Assembly: GCA_964019425.1 (NCBI GenBank)
Contig: OZ025806.1
Location: forward strand, 558,001 to 622,000
Direction: 5' to 3'
DNA from: Flectonema sp. DT1601
Lineage: Eukaryota
Length of the DNA stretch: 64,000 nt
The notes under the pieces are model-generated. The model made no database searches, was not told where the DNA came from, and worked only from the letters and a program-made list of their open reading frames with translations. Position numbers and translations under genes: made by a program. This document shows, one piece after another, positions 1 to 12,120 of the stretch; positions within the stretch are counted from its first letter, which is position 1, and every line of letters begins with the position of its first letter.

Positions 1-97
1 ATTGTTATTACACTCGAGAAACTACACAGACAAATAAAAAACCAATACAGGAATTATGTGTCTTTTGGTAAGAATGTCACAATTGGATTTTTACTTC

Positions 98-383
98 CTA
101 GTTCGAAGTAACGCTTCTCTCAGGGGTGATTAGAGGATTCATCTGTGCCATGTAAACAGTGGCCCAACTCAACCAACAACAGAACGCTGCAGTAGCCATA
201 AGTACTCTTACCAACGCTGTTTTTTTTTTTTTTTTTTTTTTTTGAAGAGGGTATTTTTTTTTTTACATTCAACATTAAAAAAAACATACCGGTGTGCTTA
301 CCTGCCCACAAACCAGAGGTACTAGTGCCAATAAACCCAAGCACTAAATAGATTATCGTACCAATTAACAGCGTTTGAGACAT
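98..383 (-). CDS. V-type ATPase subunit e (V0 9-kDa subunit), 70 aa, 2 exons (383-290, 216-98)
   Basis: Removing a 73-nt GT..AG intron (289-217) gives [70 protein letters not shown]. The CCWLx[10 protein letters not shown] motif is typical of subunit e. Confidence 0.9.
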
Positions 384-625
384 TTTATTAAATTAGTTAA
401 AAGACTTCAACGGAAACGCTGTTATGATGTAAATAAGAAAAAGTAAACACAAATCAGGGTCATTAGAGATTTACGTACATTCTTGCAGACTGTGTAAGAA
501 GTAATTACCGAAATATTATAACAAATAGCGACAATGTCAAAACATAAGGCGGTGCTCATATATGTAATTTGTGAAGTAGTTAGCTCGCTACTTGTGTACT
601 CAAATTCGCCCGCCCCGACTGCAAT

Positions 626-1351
626 TTACTTTTTCTTTCCCCCGTCAGTCTGTGCTCGAACTTGGTTCTGCCACTCTTGTTCTTGTCTAGCACGATTCCA
701 ATCATCTTCTTCTTGCTGAAGTTTTTTTTGGACTTCCTTTTGCTCTTCGAGTTTTGCTTCTAACGTTCGCTCCATTCGTTTTAAGGCCGAGCGACAAGTA
801 CCAGATGATTTCTCAGCCTCTAAGTGTTCCTTGAGCGGGACAAGTTGAGAACGGAAGGTGTCGAGTTGATCCTCAGCAACAAGACGCTGATGACGAATTG
901 AAATCGCTTTTGAGAACATTTCCGAACAGATACCTGGAGGGCATTGAAGGTCAGTGGAGTCGTCATCGAAACCACCTTTTTCAAGGAGGTCTGATTCTTG
1001 TTTTGTTTTCGGTGATTTTATTATTTCTAACAACACTCTAATAATTGTTTCTGCTGCTTCCACATGCAGCTCTCTCAGTGCCTTTGAACAACCCTGAGAA
1101 TCTTCAGAATCACCTGTCACGGCTCTTCTTAACTTGATTGGTCCTTTTCTTTTTATCTCTTCCAGTGGAGACATATGTTCTTCAAGTTTTTTAGCTTCTT
1201 GAGTCTTCTTCATGTTGTCCTCAAGCCGTTCGGTGTATTGAATAATCTTTTCTCTGGAGTCAATTATCTCTGCTTTTAGTGACTGGGCATCAATGTCAGT
1301 CTGCGTCTTTGGTCTTTCTTCAGTATCATTGGCTTTCTTCTTGGGAGGCAT
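626..1351 (-). CDS. Coiled-coil protein, 241 aa, with a segment resembling the C-terminal region of CFAP44/WDR52
   Basis: Long ORF with heptad-rich composition. DDDSTDLQCPPGICSEMFSKAISIRHQRL resembles the 'DD..CPpGCd..lf.....lR..Rl' motif I recall from CFAP44 (recall only, not searched). Confidence 0.55.
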   Translation of the reverse strand: MPPKKKANDTEERPKTQTDIDAQSLKAEIIDSREKIIQYTERLEDNMKKTQEAKKLEEHMSPLEEIKRKGPIKLRRAVTGDSEDSQGCSKALRELHVEAAETIIRVLLEIIKSPKTKQESDLLEKGGFDDDSTDLQCPPGICSEMFSKAISIRHQRLVAEDQLDTFRSQLVPLKEHLEAEKSSGTCRSALKRMERTLEAKLEEQKEVQKKLQQEEDDWNRARQEQEWQNQVRAQTDGGKKK

Positions 1352-1609
1352 TACAACCTGTCGGAAGTATAAATAAATTATTGAACATCACTGACGTACC
1401 AAATCCAGAAGTCAGTTGAAAGACGGTCAACAAGAACCACAGCTCTTCAAGGAATCCCAATACGTGTGGAGGTTTTCCAATTCCTGTTAAGAAGAACAAA
1501 GAAAAAGGTGATGACAAGATTTTTTTATGTTTTATTTTTCTTTTTTGCAAAAAAAGAAAAAAAGAAGAAGAAGAAAAAAAACACATCAACTGAAGTTAGT
1601 GTAAATTGC

Positions 1610-2230
1610 TACGTAATAACAAATAGGAAGGGTCGTAAAAAAAAAAAAAAAAAAAAAATACGTAAAATGAAATAACAAGAGGCGGGAAGCTGTAAAACTT
1701 CGAGAACTGCGGAAAAAACTGTTCGCAACCGAAAACAAGCCAATTAGACTAAGAGTGTTGATGCTACGCTGACACAATTTTTCTTTCGCTCGTAAACATG
1801 TCTTTGAGATGAAAAGAAAAGGAAAAAAGAAAATAGATATATCGCCATTGCATATTGTATCAGTCACACAATGGTAAGACGTAACTGGCCTTTTTTTTTT
1901 TTTTTTTTTTTTTTTCGTTACTAAGTATAACAAATAGGAAGGGCCCGTAAAAAAAAAGTTCCGAGAGAAACCGTAAAAATGAAATAACAAGAGGCGGAAA
2001 GCTGTAAAACTTCAATAGCTGCGGGAAAACTGTTCGCAACGGAAAACAAGCCTCTAAAGTAAAGGTGTTGGCGTTACGCTGACACAGTTTCTCTTTTGCT
2101 TGTAAAAAATGTCCTTGATGAAAAGAAAAGGAAAGAAAATAGATATATCGCCATTGCATTTTGTATCAGTCACACAATGGTAAGACTGGCCTTTTTTTTT
2201 TTTTTTTTTTTTCTTTTTTTTTTTTTTTTT
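1610..2230. repeat. Diverged tandem duplication, ~310-bp unit, 2 copies
   Basis: GAAATAACAAGAGGCGG..GCTGTAAAACTTC..CTGTTCGCAAC..ATCGCCATTGCAT..CAGTCACACAATGGTAAGAC occurs at ~1669-1880 and again at ~1981-2186. Confidence 0.85.
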
Positions 2231-2407
2231 ATAACTAGAGCAAAGAAAGTCAAAAAAAAAAAAAAAAAAAAACTTGACCTTATTGTTTGCCTAAAACAAA
2301 CTCTGATATGTTACATAAAACTACTTTCTTTTAAAAAAGCAGAATCTACAAGTTAAATAAATAAAATGTTAAGATCGCAAGTGAAGAGATACTAATAGTG
2401 ATTTTCA

Positions 2408-3634
2408 TCACGTCACTTTCTCACCTTCCCAAAGATTTCCGAGAGTCAACATAAACGATTTAATCGCCTCCTTCTGAGCTGTTTTTGTATTGTACTCTGA
2501 ACAGGTAGATAAATTCGGAAACGTTCTTATTGTTATACAAACTTCGACCTTTGGATCTTTAAAATAATGGATAGGAAATCTACAACCACCTTTACAAAGG
2601 TTCCTGCCTGAGTAATATTTTACAGTGCTGTGTTGGGTTAGGACTCGATTATTCTTTTCTAATTTTATTGATATCAATGCGTGAGTTGATCGTTGTTGAG
2701 AAACAACAACCCAAGCTTCATTATACATCCCGTGAGTGGCTATTGGAAGAAGTGAGATTCTCCAATTTAGTCCGCCGGTTTGAAAAATTGGAAACTGAGA
2801 AGATGTGGATTTTTTTGAATGGCGAAGCAATTCTGTTGCCGGTACGACAGCTGTTCCATCCCATTCTGAAGATCCAGAAAGATGATTGACTCTTGTCTTC
2901 GATAGGGGATGACAGTTGTGTAAAAGACGAATCTCAAGCTCGATCAAAATCTCAGAACCAAGCGACAACGAAGTCTCTCCAACACTCGACTGTGATGATG
3001 AATAGCAATACGACCAACAAGTACCTTCTGGAACAAAATGTTTAACAAAGTTTGTACCAATCATCGACATGGATATGAAGAGATACTGAAACTGACCCTC
3101 AACTGATACAGTAACAGTACCCATTCCTGGTAACGTTGTTGACTTCGATGATCCTTGTTGAGTTGGTGATGAACTTATAATCGAATACGGATAATGGTTT
3201 ACTTTGTATGTGGTACTTCCTATTGATATGATTCTCGAAATTTCAGATCCACGTGAGAATTGTTTACATGACTTCCAAGGTATTCTTAACGACACAATGA
3301 GTCCTCTCGATGAACGTTTTAAAACCCTGACATCTCTTTCAGCTTTATAGTTAAAAAATGTTTCCTTCCAAGAAGATGGTTTTTTCACATTTGAGAGAAG
3401 TCTATCCGTGTATTTGTAATCTTCTTGTTGAGACTCTTCATAAGGACCTCTAAGACCCCGCGGACATACACACCATCCTTCTGTCTTGGTCTTTTTCTGA
3501 TATAATTTACACCAAGTTCGATGCCACGCTATTAGCGTATTTAAACTTTTGCTGGTTTCTTCAATTCGAAGGATGTCGTGTTCGTTTAAATAGTTAAATA
3601 CCTCGCTGTGGAGATCTGTTCCCAACCTCAACAT
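2408..3634 (-). CDS. F-box-like protein with probable MATH/TRAF-like beta domains, 408 aa
   Basis: N-terminal LGTDLHSEVFNYLNEHDILRIEETSKSL..W..LY is F-box-like. FPIFQTGGLNWRISLLP and IISIGSTTYKVNHYPY resemble MATH strands. Confidence 0.65.
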   Translation of the reverse strand: MLRLGTDLHSEVFNYLNEHDILRIEETSKSLNTLIAWHRTWCKLYQKKTKTEGWCVCPRGLRGPYEESQQEDYKYTDRLLSNVKKPSSWKETFFNYKAERDVRVLKRSSRGLIVSLRIPWKSCKQFSRGSEISRIISIGSTTYKVNHYPYSIISSSPTQQGSSKSTTLPGMGTVTVSVEGQFQYLFISMSMIGTNFVKHFVPEGTCWSYCYSSSQSSVGETSLSLGSEILIELEIRLLHNCHPLSKTRVNHLSGSSEWDGTAVVPATELLRHSKKSTSSQFPIFQTGGLNWRISLLPIATHGMYNEAWVVVSQQRSTHALISIKLEKNNRVLTQHSTVKYYSGRNLCKGGCRFPIHYFKDPKVEVCITIRTFPNLSTCSEYNTKTAQKEAIKSFMLTLGNLWEGEKVT

Positions 3635-4044
3635 GTTGCATCTGAGAAAGAGAATTGATTCTTGAAAAATAGGAAGCCACGCTATGCTGAAGACAGGTCA
3701 CGATAAGTAGTCTTCACACGACCTTGTGAATGTAATACAACAATTGAGTCTATGGGTGTCCTGATGATGGAGGAAAAGGATTGTAATGTACACTGAACAC
3801 ACTCCGTGGGATAATTAAAAAAAAAGGATTCACAAAATAACAATCTAAAAACTAATTATTAAAAACAATAAATAACTTACAGCTTCTACATCAACACACT
3901 TAGTAGTGATGACACAATTAAAGAAATAAAACTAGTTTGATGTCGTTCAGGTACATGAGTCTGACTAGACCTTGCCCCTAGTGGGATCAATAGGGACTGT
4001 CGGAACCTTCATTAATCAGGAACGAGAGTGTGGGGGATCGATAC

Positions 4045-4241
4045 GATCCCAATTCTTATATTTATTGATCACAACCAACAGAGTGCTTACAATAGTCTTT
4101 CAGGTACATGAGTCTGACCTGTAGGAGTTGACTGATCCCAATTCTTATATTTATTGATCACAACCAACAGAGTGCTTACAATAGTCTTTCAGGTACATGA
4201 GTCTGACCTGTAGGAGTTGACTGATCCCAATTCTTATATTT
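4045..4241. repeat. 89-bp tandem duplication of the 3' end of the 4176-4694 gene
   Basis: GATCCCAATTCTTATATTTA recurs at 4045, 4134 and 4223. TCAGGTACATGAGTCTGAC also occurs at ~3946. Confidence 0.9.
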
Positions 4242-4694
4242 ATCAATCAGTGTTGTGATGGTTGGACGTATGTCATTTTGTTTATTTTGAAGTTGGTTTT
4301 CAAGTTCTCTATTTCTATCAGCTTGAGTATCAACACGAGATCGTAGAACTCCCAAGTGAGTCATCGCTTCGTTCAGTTCGATATTTACTTTAGCGAATTG
4401 ATCCGTTGTGAGAGCAGGTTGAGTTAATGATTTTCTAATGTAAACCTGAAGAATTGTCATGTTTTCACGTCCACAAAGACAACCTAATTCAAAAGGACTC
4501 TTCCCCAAGTCAACAACAACACCATTTCCAATTAGTTTCCAATCATTTGTTCCAAGTGAACCAGTGACTCGCTGCGCTATCTTATCTAATCTGTAGTTAC
4601 TTGAAAGACTCAGTGATAGAGGAGGTACTGGCATTCCATCGTCACAAGGAGGAAGGATCACGCTAAAAAAACACTTTGAAGATGTCGGTTTCAT
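4176..4694 (-). CDS. Hypothetical protein, 172 aa (possible ubiquitin-like N-terminal half plus coiled coil)
   Basis: Open frame with coding-like composition, on the same strand as its neighbours. Confidence 0.6.
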   Translation of the reverse strand: MKPTSSKCFFSVILPPCDDGMPVPPLSLSLSSNYRLDKIAQRVTGSLGTNDWKLIGNGVVVDLGKSPFELGCLCGRENMTILQVYIRKSLTQPALTTDQFAKVNIELNEAMTHLGVLRSRVDTQADRNRELENQLQNKQNDIRPTITTLIDKYKNWDQSTPTGQTHVPERLL

Positions 4695-5035
4695 TACTTT
4701 GGAGAGGGGGGGTAAAAATATTAACTGAAATTAAACGATATTACTGTTAGTTAGTCAGAAAAATAGAAATAGTTTTGAGGAGTTTGTTGCTCACTTCACA
4801 ATTGTGTTTACCTGAAATAAAAAATTAAAACATTTTTTTTTTTTTAGTACCATCGATCCCACCGCCTTCACAAATAAAAACATAACAAAAATATCCAATA
4901 CAATACAAATGGTGGGGGTGCTTTTACGGCACTCATTTGGGTTTTTTTTTTTTTTTTTTTTTTGTTGGGGTGTGTGTGATCAGAGATCCCACGTCGCACA
5001 CAACAGGTAGTTTACTAAAAGTCTGTTTATAATTT

Positions 5036-7498
5036 TTATAACAACTTTCGTCTGAGTAATTCTTTCTCAAGATTAGTTTGAGGAGTTGAAGTAGCTTCCT
5101 GAATAGTTTCAGCGAATAACTTTGCGTTGGGAGAAGGTGATTCCTGAACAGGAGATGCAGACTCTGACACAGGAAGAGTTCTGAGTTTTGGATAAACCAA
5201 TCTACGAGAAGGCGACAATTCAACATTGCAGGGTGCAGCAGCCCATTTACGCTGATGACGAACTAATCGTTTTATCTGACAATCTGTTAGGTCTCGATCT
5301 TGAACTCTTGTTGAAGGTTTCTCTTTACGAGTCTCATGTAAGTAACTGAGTTCACGAGCAGACACAGCGCTCCGTTTCTGATGAGATAAAAACTTCGTTT
5401 TGTGAGCATCAAATAATTCCACTCTGGCTGTTTCCCTCTCCGAACCCACTCTTTTCCTTTCAGCAGTTTGTTCGATGGTTAGTACTTCACGGTTTAGTTT
5501 TGTGACTGCCCAGTAATTAGTTTGTAGCTCATCGTAAATAGAAAGGTCTTTTGCTTTAATAGAAAGTTTCATATCCGCTACGGCATCCGACACGGTGTTT
5601 GATAAGAACAGAAGCCACCTTCGATAGGCAAGTTTTAAATGTTCTAAAACAGTTTGTCGATTGAGGAGTCTTTGAGTACAAGCTTGTTCAGCAATGGTGT
5701 TGGAAGAGTATGCTTCTTGTAGTAAGTCATTCCATTCAGTGAGTTGATTGTCTTCTATTTGCCAACGAGATGTTCTTTCTGGTCGATTTACAACTTCCAT
5801 TTCTGATATTTTAATTTCTTCATAGATTCGCTTTCCACGTTCTGGAAGAGTTTCTGGTGTTGGGTCAGTTCCTTCTGGGAATCTGGTTTGAAGTTGCGTC
5901 ACAAAACGATTCTCAAAATGCCGTTCCTTATTAATATCTTCTTCAAAAGATGAGAATTCAATTGGTGCGTATTGCAAACATAATAACAGTGCGAGTTCCT
6001 TTTGAACTTTTGATTCTTCTGGAGTGAGTGGTTCTGGTCCGTACTTGTCAATAAGTACGCCAATGACATCATCAAAGTTGTCAACGTACTTACGTAATAA
6101 ACTTGATATCGAAGCAATCCTGTCCTTGTCGTAAACATTAAAAAAACGTTCTAATCTAACTCTACATGGATCAACTTTACAAGGGAGAGGTTCTTCTCCG
6201 TATCTCTCTAAAACAGACTTCAACAACTGTTCTTCTTGTCCACTATACTTTTCAAGAAGAACTGGTATGGTTGCTAATTTTGCTGTATTGTGAACAGAGT
6301 ATAAGTTTGCAAGACGATGTTCCCAGTTCGATTCCGAGGGAGGGATTTTATAGGAATCGGGTCCTAGTTTTGTGACCAAAAGTGAGTATAAGGCTTCCTC
6401 CTTACCAGAATGCTTAGCCAGCAAGTCATCCACGGTGTGTAATTTAGGTTTTTGGTGCTGGTAATACAAACGATGAATTGCTGCTTCCGTCGGGAACGTG
6501 TATCGTTGCTTTAAATCCGATAGGAGTTCAGTTTCTTGACCAGCTCTGTCTTTTAGTTTTTGAATAATGTCATCACGCGGGATGTCAACACCCATCTCTG
6601 TCAATGCCTTGGAGATATTATCAACGTCAGTTGGGTCTGGACCATACTTCTGAACTAATTGTTTCCATACTTTTAGTTCACTTCCTTTGTATTTTTGTAA
6701 TACAGTTTTTACATTTGAAACCTTTTCTGGTTCATGTGCTTTATACAGGTTCGTGAATCGCTGTTCCCAATTAATAGCCGATATTGAACTTGGTGGTTGC
6801 TGTTCTTCACCGTACTTCTTAATTAATGCTTGTAGCAGTTGTGTTTCTTTTCCCTTATATTTTGTTAGAATAGTTGAAATGTTTTTTGTAGGATCATGTT
6901 TTGTCATTATGGCTCTAATTCTCTCAGCAGTTGACTTTTGTTGTGTTCCTGCAGTCGGTTGATCAGATTTGAAGAATGCTGCGAAAAATCCATTTTTTTG
7001 ATATTTTTTTTCCAACGCTGCGAACAACTGCTTCGGGTTGGCTTCATATTTCTTAACGAGCGCTGGAGCTTTTGCGCTTTCGGAAGGAGAATTTTGTTTG
7101 AAGAATTCTGTAACAGCTTCCAAAGGAGACGGCTGTTTCTTTTTCACCGGACTTTCGCTTGATGTTGCTGCTGCTGCCGCGGGGGCCGATGGAGTTTTGC
7201 CCGCATACTTCGCTTTTAATTTTTCAAAAATCTGGCGCTCATTTCCCTTGTGCTTCGCTAAGAGTGCTCCAGCTGCTCCCTTCTTCTCAGGCTCGTGGGC
7301 CTCCAGTATGCTGACCACGGCTTTACGTATTTTAAAATACGTTGGGCAACCCAGAACCTGCGACATCTTTGTCAGAAGTGCATCTTCCTTTCCCTTACCC
7401 TTCGCTAGGAGGCTTGTGATATTATATTTCTTAGCCGTATCATATGTAGTGAGGAAGGCTTCCAGTGCTGCAGCGGCTGTCTCCGGCATTGTTTGCAA
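5036..7498 (-). CDS. 820-aa protein with 9-10 tandem ~45-55-aa helical repeats (R....Y..H.P.K......L.KY.G.E..L...L..KYG)
   Basis: Long ORF. Repeats are visible, e.g. ILTKYKGKETQLLQALIKKYG, VLQKYKGSELKVWKQLVQKYG, LLEKYSGQEEQLLKSVLERYG. Confidence 0.85.
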   Translation of the reverse strand: MQTMPETAAAALEAFLTTYDTAKKYNITSLLAKGKGKEDALLTKMSQVLGCPTYFKIRKAVVSILEAHEPEKKGAAGALLAKHKGNERQIFEKLKAKYAGKTPSAPAAAAATSSESPVKKKQPSPLEAVTEFFKQNSPSESAKAPALVKKYEANPKQLFAALEKKYQKNGFFAAFFKSDQPTAGTQQKSTAERIRAIMTKHDPTKNISTILTKYKGKETQLLQALIKKYGEEQQPPSSISAINWEQRFTNLYKAHEPEKVSNVKTVLQKYKGSELKVWKQLVQKYGPDPTDVDNISKALTEMGVDIPRDDIIQKLKDRAGQETELLSDLKQRYTFPTEAAIHRLYYQHQKPKLHTVDDLLAKHSGKEEALYSLLVTKLGPDSYKIPPSESNWEHRLANLYSVHNTAKLATIPVLLEKYSGQEEQLLKSVLERYGEEPLPCKVDPCRVRLERFFNVYDKDRIASISSLLRKYVDNFDDVIGVLIDKYGPEPLTPEESKVQKELALLLCLQYAPIEFSSFEEDINKERHFENRFVTQLQTRFPEGTDPTPETLPERGKRIYEEIKISEMEVVNRPERTSRWQIEDNQLTEWNDLLQEAYSSNTIAEQACTQRLLNRQTVLEHLKLAYRRWLLFLSNTVSDAVADMKLSIKAKDLSIYDELQTNYWAVTKLNREVLTIEQTAERKRVGSERETARVELFDAHKTKFLSHQKRSAVSARELSYLHETRKEKPSTRVQDRDLTDCQIKRLVRHQRKWAAAPCNVELSPSRRLVYPKLRTLPVSESASPVQESPSPNAKLFAETIQEATSTPQTNLEKELLRRKLL

Positions 7499-8788
7499 CT
7501 GGTTGGCCTCCTAGTAATAAATGAGTCATTAAAAACAGTAAACAGAACGTAGGTGAAAAAAATTTACCATCAATAGACATTATGCATCGAGATCGATTCG
7601 TCAATGAGAGTAAGAAAAAGGAAGATACCTGTAGACAACTTGCCCTCTAAATATAACCGAATTCCCACCAGGCTTTCAATTACATGTTTTAATTGTTTTT
7701 GTCCTTTTGAAGGAAAAAAAAGAGTAACATTGTGTGCGTAGTTTTTATGTTCATCATTTTGTTTGTAAGTCAATCGGAGAATTGAATAAAAACATCAAAA
7801 AAAAAAAAATAATAATAAATGAAAAATGAAAAATGAAAAATGGAACCATTAAAAAAAAACAAAACAAAAAAATATCACATTGCCAAAACAATGGATACCA
7901 CCAAGAGAGACAGAAGAAGTTATCTTTTTTATGGGTGTTTTTTTTTTTTTTTTTTTTTTTTTTTTCCCCTTTCCTTAGTCCTCTTACGCAAGATGGATGG
8001 TAATAAGTAATTCGAACAAAAAATATAAATAACAAGAAGGTAACGCAGTTATCAGCGGAGGTAAAAAAAAAGTTTATTTGGCATCAACCACTACCACTAT
8101 GTAATGGGACAGGTGAAAACAACACCAAGTCTGGTTTCGACCTCCTTCCCTCAATGGGCTCTTTGATAAAGGCTCCCTTGAGGGGGGACAACTCACTTCA
8201 TGCAAACTATCATCTAAGACGGTAATTTGTTGCTAGAAGTGGAGCAGACCGTTCTGCACTGTCGATTTTTTTTTTTTTTTTTAAACTCAAGACAAACAAT
8301 AGCCGAGAGATGTATATGAATTGGGGAAGAAGGGGAAAAAGCCAAACCAAATAATAATCACATCCCAATGAGAAGTGAGGGTAGAAAATACTACGAACTA
8401 ACTAAAAAGATTCCGTCCCATCGAGAGGTCAGAATGTCTACTATATAAGGAACAAATAAAACAACATTAAGAATTCCCTTCATTCAAAATGTTTATTGGG
8501 ACTACACGTTGAGCATGCAGCTATCGACAACGTCACCTCCGCTCTCCCTGCGGGGATACGGAAGACAAGGCTGGTGAGCTGTATACAACAGTACATTAGG
8601 AGCGACCCTGAGAGGTTCTCAGGTGCCGGATTTTTTTGAAAATCTTCATCATAGTTGAAAAAAAAAAAAAAAACAATAAAACTTTTAATCTTTTAATCTT
8701 TTTTTTTTTTTTTTTTTTTTTGATGTTGCTTTCTAATAAACTACTACAAACTACAATATGATTATATTATAAAAATATATATGGGGAG

Positions 8789-8820
<32 letters not shown>

Positions 8821-9221
8821 CCACATCAGAAAAAAAGACCATTGTTACACGGCCCAAAACAACAATAGAATAGTGCCGAATGCGGATATTTATAATGAGA
8901 TGGGACTCCAGTATCCTTCAGTCAAGTAAAGGGAAGTAAACAACAATATGAGTCAACCATGTTGCTGCTAATAATAAAATTAAAAATAAAAAAGACAGAT
9001 ATCTGTACCCATTGAAAATCGTTGTTGAGAGTGAACCTAGTTCAACTTAGATTATGAGAATAATGTCGGAAATATAAAAAAGAACAAGAGAGAGAGAGGT
9101 AGAATAGATAAGTTATTTAGTTTTCTGTGAAGACGTAGCGTGAGCTGCTTTCCGAGTTAACAACAATTCGAGGTAGTGTATGTCATAGCATCGACAGAAA
9201 GAAGACGTGTAAGTAACATTT

Positions 9222-9827
9222 CTATGCTCGCTGGCGAAACGGTCTTGTAGAAAAGTCTGGGTTATAGTCCCAGGTTATAAACGTATATTCACAATTTTTA
9301 AATGAATTTTCAGAAGAATCAGCTTCAGGGTCGAGAATGGGAAGTAATCCATGATAAAGTACCTGCCAGTGCGATACAACAGCTACGCGAGTTTCTGGTT
9401 GGTCAGCGAGCCACTGAAGGAATTCAAGCGACCTGTCGTAAACTTCTTCAACGGGTTCATCGCGACGGTTTAGATGTGGGTCGAGACCTGGAGCAATATG
9501 ACGATAATTAACACCTGGGAAGTCTTGCTGTTGTTCGTCAACTCTTCTTCTCCAATTACAACTTCCTTTAGTTCTTTCTCTTAACATTTCAACAGCAACT
9601 CTGTCACATCGCTCATCTTTAAAACACAAGTCTGCCGTCTCTAAAGTCCTCCTGAGTGGTGATACACAAATTAAATCCAACTCTCCTTCTTTTCGTAATT
9701 CCCTCCTGGCGTCTCTGCATTGCTGTCGACCCTTAGCAGTTAGAGGAGGATCAAAGCTGAAGCTACCGCCTTTAACATTGTGTTCTCCCTCAGCATGGCG
9801 AATCAAAACTAATTCTTTTCGCTTCAT
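9222..9827 (-). CDS. Histidine phosphatase / phosphoglycerate-mutase-like protein, 201 aa
   Basis: Motifs LIRHAEGEHN, DPPLTAKGRQQ, VSPLRRTLETA, LRE and VAVVSH. Confidence 0.93.
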   Translation of the reverse strand: MKRKELVLIRHAEGEHNVKGGSFSFDPPLTAKGRQQCRDARRELRKEGELDLICVSPLRRTLETADLCFKDERCDRVAVEMLRERTKGSCNWRRRVDEQQQDFPGVNYRHIAPGLDPHLNRRDEPVEEVYDRSLEFLQWLADQPETRVAVVSHWQVLYHGLLPILDPEADSSENSFKNCEYTFITWDYNPDFSTRPFRQRA

Positions 9828-12120
9828 AAATAATTGAAAGGAGGGAAATACTGAAAATAATAATATAATAATTATTTATTTATTTATTTATTGTAAGATT
9901 GTGTAGTGATAACGTCAGGAGAACTGCTTACGCAGCTTTGAATGAAGCAACATACAACCATGTCTGTTTTGTGAGAAGGGAAAAAAAATAGACCTTTTTA
10001 AAAAAAATAATATAATACCAATAGATAAAAAAACCTAATAAGCTGAAATATATAGTCAATAAAACAAAGTTGAGGAGGGAAGAAGAAAGAAAAAAAAAAG
10101 AAGAAAAAAGAAACAATATACAAAACAACCTCACTAATTGTTAAAAGTTGAGAGGGGCTTCACAAGCCTTTATTTTTTTTTTTTTTTTTGACAAAAAGAT
10201 ATAATAAAGTGAAATAGACTCCAGCAGTTTAGGCGGAACAATTTTGTTGTTCGCTGACGCCTGCCGGGTGAGCAACTATTGCGATCAGATTGTGTCTCAC
10301 ATTCGTCAATAAGAACTGATGTTAAATTAATAAACAGGTATCAAATAATGTTGAAATAAGAAACACATTCTGAAGGAGGGGGTTCAAAGTTTTTGGACCA
10401 TTTTTTTTACAACTAATATCGTATAACATTTGTGAACTTTCTTTTTTTTTTTTTTTTTTTTTTTCGGAGGAAACAAACAAAGAAGTACAATTTCCATGCA
10501 GGCTGCACTCCGATACAGCGGATTATAATTATTATTATTATTTTTTTAAAATCAATACTGATAACCCAAATACGACCGGCGTAAAGAAGGCAATAGTCTA
10601 AGGGATGGGAAAGGAAGATAGGAATTCTTTTTTTCTTTTTTTTTTTCGTTCTTCAGATTTCAGAACAGGAAACGGAAGACGGTTTTGATCAAAAGTCTGG
10701 TATACCGACCCCAGTTCGATTCAAACCTCGCTGCCATTTTATACAAATACCACTTGCAGCCAACAACTTCCGCAGGGTTCCAAGAAACAATTTTTTTTTT
10801 TCTCTAAAGTTGCTGAGGCACCTGGAACCATTGACCTATCCAGGATTTTGCTCAGAATTTCATTCTTTTTTTTTTTTTTTTTCCGTTAACACACTTCTTG
10901 CAAAGAAATAAGTCCAGGGGAAAATTCAAGAAGGCAAAAAAAAAAGAAAAGAAAAGAAAGCTAAACATGCCAACGAATGAAGGTAAGAACCCGGAAGAGT
11001 CTTGGTCAATAAGAAGATGAGACAAACCAGCAGAATAGACTGACGGGTTTTAGTCAAGAAAGCGTAACAATATTCAATACCTGATTGAGAGTGATATGAA
11101 TTTCTGTATTCAAACAGAAATAGCAGCCAAAGAGAATGAAAGAAAATAGCAAAACGGCTTCGGTGGCGTTGTGAGATTTTTTGGATTTAAAAAAAAGAAA
11201 CCCCCCTCCGTAAACCCCCATAAACCCCCAGATGAAACCAAACGAAACACCCTTTCAATCCCCTCCCACCATCAACGGGAAAAAAGACCTGTTGCGCTTA
11301 GACTCCAATCATGTGGTTGTTGGGTGTCTGGCTGTTGATATCAATTTTTTTTTTTTCCCGTTTCGTATATCAGTGCGAAAAGAGTGCAGTATTTCAAAAA
11401 AAATAAAAAAAAAATGAAGGAAAAGCTTTCGATCACCTCCCAACTGTTACTTGCTGTTCTTTGCATAACAGGCAATAATTCACTTATAGTTCGGAAGCGC
11501 GCAAATCACAAGAATAGGAACAATTATGTACAATACCCGAGTGGATAATTGAGGAAAGGGTCGTACAAACGTAAAAGGCTGAAGAGATTTCTGTAGTTTC
11601 TTTCTGTTTTATTTTTTTTTCTTCCTCTTGTCCAACAACGCAGTTATCCAAGAAGAAGAATTTTAATCATTTGATGCCAATGTTATTTATGCTTCCATCA
11701 ACTATTTCCCAGACACAAATAACACCGAAATAAGTTCCTCCTGCTTATCTGAACGAGTCACCGTATAATAAGAAGTTGCAGGTGGCTGGGAGAAGGGTGG
11801 AAACCAAACAAAAAGAAGTACAAGAAGAAAAAAAATCGAGACGGAGAATAATTTCTTTTTTTTTCTTTTTCTTTTTCTTTTTTCTCTTTCTTTTTTTAAT
11901 TTCTGTCCTCTCTAAATAGGCAGCCTGAAAAGACTGAAAAAAAATTCAAAAAAAAAAAATAAATAAATAAATAAAAACCTAAGCCAAGGAAGACTACATA
12001 ATTTCATTCACAAATCAATGATCCTGAAAAAAAAATAAATCTCCTTTAAAAAAAAAAAAAAAAAACCCAAACCAAACAAACAAAAAGCCTTCTATAATAC
12101 CATTTTATTTTTTATTTTTT

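Noticed and set aside
11198..11260. AAACCCCC repeats and isolated TTAGGG (26203, 26799) as telomeric sequence
   Set aside because: Only scattered imperfect units, no array.
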